Assembly: GCA_965226795.1 (NCBI GenBank)
Contig: CBDDDZ010000005.1
Span: 2,560,001-2,624,000, forward strand
From: Candidatus Latescibacterota bacterium
GTDB lineage: Bacteria; Latescibacterota; UBA2968; GCA-2709665
Reading direction: 5' to 3'
DNA length: 64,000 nucleotides
Below the pieces are notes generated by a model. The model was not told the origin of the DNA. It searched no databases and saw nothing but the letters and a program-made list of their open reading frames with translations. The position numbers were made by a program, and so were the translations under genes. Shown piece by piece: positions 57,847-64,000 of this stretch; within the stretch, counting starts at the first letter, position 1, and the number at the start of each line of letters is the position of its first letter.

Positions 57847-58863
57847 GTGTGCGCAACCCTTGTTGTGGACGCGCTTTGGGGCGATTCCGGAAAAGGAAAA
57901 ATCTCCGCTTATACCGCCCTCAAACAGGAAGCCGCCTTCTGTGTACGCGCAGGCACCGGCACCAATGCCGGTCACAGCATCTACTTTGAAGACGGCTCTG
58001 AAATTCGGACGCATCAACTGTGCTGCGGTTGGTTACATTCCCGAACGCAGCTTCGAATAGGAAGCGGAGTCGCGGTAGACCCTGAAATGTTCCTCCGTGA
58101 AATACACAGCTACAAACTCGCCTCACGTACCGGGGTGGATCTGCGCTGTCCTGTGATTACGCCCGAACATCGCGCGCGTGAGGCCCGGGACAGGCATCTT
58201 GCTGACACTTTGGGCAGTGTATGCAGCGGCAGCGGCAGCGGCGCCGCCAGAGCGGACTTTGTCCTGCGCCGCGCCAGGCAGGCCCGCGACATCCCGGAAC
58301 TTCAGGATTTCCTCACCGACGTACCACGAGAAATCAACACGGCCTGCACACAGGGACGGGCCGTTGTCATCGAATCCAGCCAGGGCACACACCTGTCTCT
58401 TGCACTAACCACGGACTATCCCTACTGTACTTCCGACAATTGCACCGCTGTTGCCGCGGCGGACGATGCAGGGCTGAACTGGCAGTTTATAAAGGAAGTC
58501 ATCCTGGTGGTCAAGGCCGTACCGAGTCGCGTGGGCCCGGGTCCGCTGCCGTTTGAAATGTCTGCGGGTGACCAGGATCGACGCGGTATCGTCGAATACG
58601 GTGTCACTACCGGGCGACGCCGCAGAAAAGCCCACCGGATCTCATGGCGGTACCTGGAAGAGGCGGTTATGCTCAATGGCCCCACCCAGATTGCCCTCAC
58701 TTTCTGCGACCACCTTGACCCGGATGTGAGGGGCGCCCGCGCCCGTGAGGCGCTCACGGAACCCGTGCTGAAACTGATTCACGACGTTAAAACCCACACA
58801 GGCGTACCGGTAACGATTGCAGAAACGGGCAGGTATTTCGGTGACATTGTGGACCTATCCTGA
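57847..58863 (+). CDS. purA: Adenylosuccinate synthetase homologue, short archaeal-type (338 aa)
   Basis: WGDSGKGK, NAGH, E.SQG..LS, YPYCTS, SRVG.GP and EYG.TTGRRRR motifs. Confidence 0.85.
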   Translation: MCATLVVDALWGDSGKGKISAYTALKQEAAFCVRAGTGTNAGHSIYFEDGSEIRTHQLCCGWLHSRTQLRIGSGVAVDPEMFLREIHSYKLASRTGVDLRCPVITPEHRAREARDRHLADTLGSVCSGSGSGAARADFVLRRARQARDIPELQDFLTDVPREINTACTQGRAVVIESSQGTHLSLALTTDYPYCTSDNCTAVAAADDAGLNWQFIKEVILVVKAVPSRVGPGPLPFEMSAGDQDRRGIVEYGVTTGRRRRKAHRISWRYLEEAVMLNGPTQIALTFCDHLDPDVRGARAREALTEPVLKLIHDVKTHTGVPVTIAETGRYFGDIVDLS

Positions 58864-58890
58864 CAACGGATCGATTGCACAGAAAACCGA

Positions 58891-58918
58891 GGGCGGATTT
58901 TCCAATGAAAATCCGCCC
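58891..58918. terminator. Intrinsic terminator-like hairpin between convergent genes
   Basis: GGGCGGATTTTC-CAAT-GAAAATCCGCCC, perfect 12-bp stem; TCGGTTTTCT follows on the minus strand. Confidence 0.75.
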
Positions 58919-58940
58919 ACCATAACCATCGGCGACCAAC

Positions 58941-59114
58941 CTACCAATGCCAACTCTCTACCCACCTCCCTCGCAGGTCGAGTGGAAGAAGGATCGGCAG
59001 ACCCCGTAACGCGGCTGAGGCACTTGCCTTCCCGGCATTACAGGGTATTCGACGGGGCGCCATCCTCCGTTGATCGGAGTGGCGCCAGGTCCCCATCCGA
59101 ACAACATGACCCAT
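58941..59114 (-). CDS. Possible 57-aa small protein
   Basis: Fills the gap between the 98-aa ORF and the terminator; weak RBS. Confidence 0.3.
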   Translation of the reverse strand: MGHVVRMGTWRHSDQRRMAPRRIPCNAGKASASAALRGLPILLPLDLRGRWVESWHW

Positions 59115-59132
59115 ACCCGCCACCGCGCCGCG

Positions 59133-59429
59133 CTAATTCCGTCTGTCACGCCCACTGCGGATTATTTCCAGCCATGCCGACTCATAGTCTAAGAGCGCGG
59201 TTCGCCAGGCATCACGGTCTCCAAGACCGCGTTGCAACTCCAGTGCCAGTGCATCGACGGTCTGCTCGGCTGCATCGACGGTTACCAGCCGTTTCGAATC
59301 CATTGCGTGCAAGGCGACGCCGTTGAGCTCGGTTTGTATACGTTCCACAACCCGTCGAAAGTCTTCGCTCAAGCACTTCACTGTGGATCCGCCGGTGATA
59401 TCCCTCTCCTGCACCGCATGGTCAGACAT
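59133..59429 (-). CDS. Hypothetical helical protein (98 aa)
   Basis: AGGAGG RBS, upstream TTGACA, amphipathic helical composition. Confidence 0.7.
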   Translation of the reverse strand: MSDHAVQERDITGGSTVKCLSEDFRRVVERIQTELNGVALHAMDSKRLVTVDAAEQTVDALALELQRGLGDRDAWRTALLDYESAWLEIIRSGRDRRN

Positions 59430-59861
59430 CTTGGACCTCCTTGCCTGGGCTCTACGCTCGCCTTTGCGACATCCCGTATATCGAAGATATACTAAACAAA
59501 TGTGCAGTTGTCAAGTCGTGTTATTATAAGAAAAATGACAGTCTTTGGACTATCTTCCAACGCATAGGCGGTGTTTTGGATATCAACTCCTCATTCAATG
59601 GCTGGCTACTGCCCGGCGCCCGAGTACTCTTGCGCTTCCGTGATTTGACTTTGCACGGGCTATGGTTCTCTCATATATTGGGTGTATCGGGCGACAGATG
59701 ATTCAACTTGAGGAAAAAAGAGCGTCTTTGCATTGGAGAGGGTATCGACGCCGGTTCTTCTGCACGCCCTGTCCTGGTTCAGCCGGATGACCGCTGGTCA
59801 GAAGTCAAATTTGAGTTCCTTGCGAGATATCGAAAACGCATTTCGTTTGCGGAGACAAGCT

Positions 59862-61383
59862 ATGTTCAGAAGAATTCGCCGTGCGTTCGTCCTCACACTT
59901 GCCGCAGGCCTTGGTATGGGCTGCGGTGGCGAACCCCCGACGACGCCACAGAATACTCGGGCAGAGAAACCCATAGCCCAGCCGTTGGGCAAACTGGCCG
60001 ACGATGAAAACAAGACGCAGGCCGTAGCGGTAGCGCGCCTTCGGCAGGACCAGTCACCGGTAAGCGGCACAACCGTTGAGTTCGCGCGGTCGGCCTCGGG
60101 CAGGGCGGCCAGCTACGAGTGGACCGGTACGACAGATGGCCGCGGGCAGGCGCGAGTTGAGGTCGGCCGTGTGCAGACGGGCGGATACTTTCGCGCGCAA
60201 GCCCTGAAGGACGGGGTCCTGATCGGGTCGTGGTCGAGCATCCGGATTAACCGTGGCGTCGAAGTCACGGTCGAACTACCGGTTGGCGCAAGGGCACGCG
60301 TTACGGGTACAACCGAACTGACGCCGGGCGGTCTCCCCGGGGAAATCGCGATCGGTGTCGTCGCGCCGCTAACAGGCAGGCAGACCCAATACGGGGCGGC
60401 CATTAGAAGCGGGCTTGAACTCGCTCTCAAAGAGATCAACGCCACTTCGACACTGGGGGGCGCAAGTATCGTGTTCATTGTAGAGGACTCACGGGGCACA
60501 GCGCAGGGCGCCGTCGACGCGTTCAACAAGCTGATTTTTCAGGATTACGTACCCGTCATCCTCGGCCCGGCCCTCTCCACCGAAGCCAAAGAGGCATTTC
60601 CCGCCGCGCAGCAGAACCAGGTTGTAGCCTTTAGTACTGACGTCAGCAGCCGCGGGGTTGAGCGCAATAGGAGACTTTATCTTCCGTGCGAGTCTGAGTG
60701 TTGAACTGCTCATCCCGGGAGGCGTCGCCAGGACAAGTGAAAAACTGGTCTACCGAAAGGTGGCCCTGATGGTGGACTCGACGGACGTCTTTTCCCGGAG
60801 CAGCGACCAGGCGCTGAGAAGCACACTCGCGGAAGTCGGTATCGAAATCCTGGCGAGAGAGACATTTGGAACTGACGATAGCACCTTTGCCGATCAATTG
60901 GCAAGAATAAGGGGCCTGAACCCGCATGCGGTCTTCGTTTCCGCTTTATCGCGGCAACGGATTCAAATTCTGGTCCAGGGCCGGAGCCACGGCATTTCTG
61001 CCAACGTCCCCTTCATTGTGCCAGTGATGACCCAGGATGAAGTTCAGGCCGCAGGCGATGCGGCGGAAGGTGCAATCGCCTTTACGGGCTGGACGGGCGC
61101 GGCATCCACACCTGGAAATCAATCTTTCGTTGAAAATTACAGGACGAATTTCGGCGCTGAACCGAACAGGTGGGCGGCACAGTCGTACGCCGCGCTGCAT
61201 GTGCTCTCTGAGGCGATCGCAGATGCCCGATCCACAGATCCCGGCGCGATTCGTAACGCGATGGCGGAAATCTCGGACCTGGACACCATATTGGGCCAAT
61301 TCTCGTTCGACGTCAACGGAGACGCCGTTTACGATCCTAATGTACTGATCGTGAGAAACGGAAAATACGAGGTATTCGAGTAA
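59862..61383 (+). pseudogene. LivJ-like ABC substrate-binding lipoprotein with an extra N-terminal beta-sandwich domain, frameshifted near 60636
   Basis: Lipobox LGMGC; IGVVAPLTG..GLELAL.EIN; the sequence continues as LTSAAAGLSAIGDFIFR in the +1 frame. Confidence 0.8.
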
Positions 61384-61412
61384 CGTAAACGAACAACAGG
61401 AGGAGAAATACG

Positions 61413-62237
61413 ATGTGCGAGATGCCGGTTGGTGTCATGATGAGCGTCGGATGGACAGTCGACCAACTCAGGGAAATCCGTGATCTGGGATTCGGAAACG
61501 TACAGATTGCCGCCCCTTCTGAGGATGTCCTGGACGATAAACTCAGTCGTGCCGGGCTGATTCGAGACATTCATTCGGTTGGCATTGAAATTACCACCGT
61601 CTTCGCGGGGTTTTCAGAAGAAAGTTACGCTGACATTCCCACGATCACCGAAACGGTGGGGTATCTCAATCCATCCCTCCGGGAGGAACGCATTAAAAAA
61701 ACCGGGCGCATTTCCGATTTTGCAAGAGCGCTCGGCGTTGACAATGTGGCCGCACATATCGGCTTCGTCCCGGAAGACCCGGATCACCCTGACCACCATG
61801 CGATGGTTGAATGTGTGAGAAGACTAGCGGACTTCTGCGGTGGGAACGCGCAGGACTTCTGCCTGGAAACCGGTCAGGAAACGGCTTCCGCGCTGCGCCA
61901 CTTTCTTGAAACGCTGAATCGAAACAACGTGAAAGTCAACTTCGATCCCGCCAATATGATCCTTTATGGAAGTGGAGACCCCATCGAAGCCCTCGGTATT
62001 GTGGCCGACTACGTCGTCAGCGTCCACGCGAAAGACGGAAAGTGGCCCCCGGGCGAAGGACAACTCGGTCGAGAGTACCCTCTCGGGCAGGGGGACGTTG
62101 GTATGGATCGTTTCATTGCCAAACTTAAACAGATCGTATACCGTGGTCCAATCACCATGGAACGCGAAATCCCGGATTGGGACCAAAAGGTGAAGGACTT
62201 GATCCAGGGCAAAAAACTCCTGGAAAGCCTGACGTAG
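61413..62237 (+). CDS. Sugar phosphate isomerase/epimerase (AP endonuclease 2 TIM barrel)
   Basis: HIGFVP, LETGQE, NFDPAN, VHAKD and ERE motifs; AGGAG RBS. Confidence 0.9.
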   Translation: MCEMPVGVMMSVGWTVDQLREIRDLGFGNVQIAAPSEDVLDDKLSRAGLIRDIHSVGIEITTVFAGFSEESYADIPTITETVGYLNPSLREERIKKTGRISDFARALGVDNVAAHIGFVPEDPDHPDHHAMVECVRRLADFCGGNAQDFCLETGQETASALRHFLETLNRNNVKVNFDPANMILYGSGDPIEALGIVADYVVSVHAKDGKWPPGEGQLGREYPLGQGDVGMDRFIAKLKQIVYRGPITMEREIPDWDQKVKDLIQGKKLLESLT

Positions 62238-62262
62238 CGGATGCCGGTTGGGCCTGACACGC

Positions 62263-62346
62263 AAAAACGCCCTTTCTCCGTAGAGTAACCTTTTGGCGGG
62301 AGGGAAGGTCCAAAAGGACAACGACGGGAGAAAGGGCGTATCTATG
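62263..62346 (-). ncRNA. Candidate ~85-nt hairpin small RNA with a CU-rich apical loop
   Basis: 13-bp basal stem followed by a U5 tract, 8-bp upper stem, loop ACCUUCCCUCCCG; ECF-type promoter directly upstream. The 5' end is estimated. Confidence 0.55.
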
Positions 62347-62352
62347 TCCTTA

Positions 62353-62378
62353 TACGTCTGCGCCTTGTCAGAGTTTCA
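62353..62378 (-). promoter_or_regulatory. ECF sigma-type promoter (TGAAAC-N16-CGTA)
   Basis: Exact match to the Bacillus SigW-type consensus on the minus strand. Confidence 0.55.
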
Positions 62379-62538
62379 ACATAAACGGAATCCGCTTCGG
62401 CGACAACGCCACCTGGCAGGGGTCTCGTTGACGATATCACATTGGCGTCTCAGATTCGGAAGATACGTCCTTCTTCTGACAACCACGCCCGGTGCGGCTT
62501 CATGTCGGCTATGGCGATGAACGATCGTTCGCACCGCC

Positions 62539-63432
62539 TCAGAAATACTTCCCGACGCCAATTGACAGGGAGAATCCACTCAGGTCTCCGGGGCTGCCCA
62601 GCGCATCCGAGAAACGCGCCAGGGTGTAACGCCCGTCGGTCGTTACGGCCAGATCCTTGTCCTTTCCAAATCGAACATTAAGCCCTGACAGAACATACCC
62701 GCCCAGCGTGAACGAAATATTCGAGAATCCGCCAACCGGACTCCCCCATTGCGTCAGCCTCACATCCATGCCGTTATACCCGCCTCCCGTCCCCGTACCG
62801 AAGTCCAATCCGCCAGAAGGGTAACCGCCGTAGCCGCCCCGATGGTCGAATCGAACGTAGGGTCCCACTCCGAACCCGACGTGGGGCACAATTCGTCTCT
62901 TCACCCCAAACTGCCGCTGCAGCCCCACCGGCATCGATATGAGTGTCACGCGCTGCACCCCGGGACGCAGATGCTCGCCAAGCTTCTCCGAGGCTTGCAG
63001 CGGACCAAACGTCATATATTCGTTCCCCGCAATCAGCCGAAGGAGCGGTGAGAGCCGCCGGTCGTACCCCATACGGAATCCGAAGCCGCCCGTGGCGCTT
63101 GAGAAATACAGGCTCAATCCATTCGTATTTCTCAAGCCATTTTGCGGCATGAGAATATCTACATCCTCCGCGTATTCGGTCCACCTGACCGGACGAACCC
63201 CATCCGAAGGAACGACCAACTGTCCAAATCCGGTCGACACCGACGGAACATCGTTATCCGGACCCTTCCACGGCATCTCGCCAGCGGGGGTTTCGCCGTT
63301 GCCATCCTGAATAACGCACGCCCACACACCCACACCAGGCGCCTCCGTGAGAGGGTCTGCCTGAGACGGTGCAGGTGACGACACCGCTGCCAATATCCCG
63401 AAACAGATCAAATTCGTCAGAACGCGTCTCAT
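62539..63432 (-). CDS. Secreted protein, probable small outer-membrane beta-barrel
   Basis: Signal peptide, alternating amphipathic strands (PHVGFGVG, GRYT), C-terminal GVGKYF beta-signal. Confidence 0.65.
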   Translation of the reverse strand: MRRVLTNLICFGILAAVSSPAPSQADPLTEAPGVGVWACVIQDGNGETPAGEMPWKGPDNDVPSVSTGFGQLVVPSDGVRPVRWTEYAEDVDILMPQNGLRNTNGLSLYFSSATGGFGFRMGYDRRLSPLLRLIAGNEYMTFGPLQASEKLGEHLRPGVQRVTLISMPVGLQRQFGVKRRIVPHVGFGVGPYVRFDHRGGYGGYPSGGLDFGTGTGGGYNGMDVRLTQWGSPVGGFSNISFTLGGYVLSGLNVRFGKDKDLAVTTDGRYTLARFSDALGSPGDLSGFSLSIGVGKYF

Positions 63433-63504
63433 TGCGCACCTCCATTTGATAGGCCATTGGCTATCCGGACCGCCTTTGGATGGCGGCAGATTTCTCGCCC
63501 GAGA

Positions 63505-64000
63505 CTATGGCGTGACGACCAGGATGCGATCGTCTTCCGTCCGTGGCTGACCGCGGCCGTCCCGGTTGCTGGTGGCCAGGTACACCTCGCCTTCGGGCCC
63601 CACCAGCACATCCCGAAGACGGCCGAACCTGCCGTTGAACCGTTCGTCCCGCGCCATGACACGTTGGCCGTCGGCGGACAGGGAAATTACCCAAAGCGCC
63701 TGCCCCTTCAACGTCGTAAGCAGAAGGCTCCCTTTCCAGGCCGGTATCAGGTCCTCGTTATATATGTCTGCGCCCGCAGTTGCGATTGTCGGCGTCCACA
63801 CAGCGAGCGGTTCCACGACATTATTTGACAAGCAAAATGCAGTCTCCCCCGTTAAGACGTCATTGTCGCAAAACCCGCGCACGTCTGGCCAACCATAATT
63901 CCGCCCTGGCAAAATCAGGTTGACCTCGTCATTGTCAAGAGGTCCGTGTTCCGTATTGTATAACAACCCTGTCGCCGGGTGAAACACGAGGCCCTGCGGA
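63505..64000 (-). CDS. PQQ-dependent sugar (glucose/sorbosone) dehydrogenase, 3' part
   Basis: PQGL.F, TEHGP..DEVN...G.NYGWP, GRLRDV..GP.G and TSNRDGRG motifs; the ORF is open at the window edge. Confidence 0.9.
   Translation of the reverse strand, partial: PQGLVFHPATGLLYNTEHGPLDNDEVNLILPGRNYGWPDVRGFCDNDVLTGETAFCLSNNVVEPLAVWTPTIATAGADIYNEDLIPAWKGSLLLTTLKGQALWVISLSADGQRVMARDERFNGRFGRLRDVLVGPEGEVYLATSNRDGRGQPRTEDDRILVVTP

Noticed and set aside
58261..58286. CCTGCG...CAGGCAGGC inside the purA-like gene as a fifth mini-element
   Set aside because: The left terminus does not match CTGYCTG, and the encoded VLRRARQARD fits the normal protein without an insertion.
57847..58863. PurZ (Z-base biosynthesis) assignment
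   Set aside because: The catalytic Asp is retained (GDSGKG, not GSxGKG), and there is no phage context, dATPase or MazZ nearby.

Overview
Chromosomal window from a GC-rich, diderm heterotrophic bacterium. GWxTD/TPR proteins, heparinase II/III-like and DUF6067-like paralogues, and many Gfo/Idh/MocA, PhyH and ceramidase-fold enzymes suggest a Latescibacterota/Gemmatimonadota/Poribacteria-like FCB-PVC lineage (inference). Layout: (1) 1-5.9 kb TonB-dependent receptor, lipoprotein and an SDR pair; (2) 5.9-33.3 kb catabolic patchwork for sugar acids, sulfated glycans and amino acids; (3) tRNA-Thr(CGT), transaldolase/fsa and an archaeal-type GGPP synthase; (4) 35.6-45.1 kb minus-strand TolC / NTP-transferase-CDP-alcohol phosphotransferase / MlaC / MMPL / membrane protein / GMC / Gfo cluster; (5) TPR, DMT, glycerate kinase, GWxTD, kinase and a frameshifted LysR; (6) an IS1380-family element between the LysR operator and a short archaeal-type purA homologue; (7) a frameshifted ABC binding protein, a sugar isomerase, a candidate ECF-driven sRNA, an outer-membrane barrel and a partial PQQ sugar dehydrogenase. 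The most striking signal is four different 19-30 bp palindromic mini-insertions with shared termini (GC-CTGYCTG...CAGRCAG-GC) inside the IS1380 transposase. Removing them restores an uninterrupted 447-aa ORF, and I found none elsewhere in the window. All calls come from motif recognition by eye; no database searches were run.
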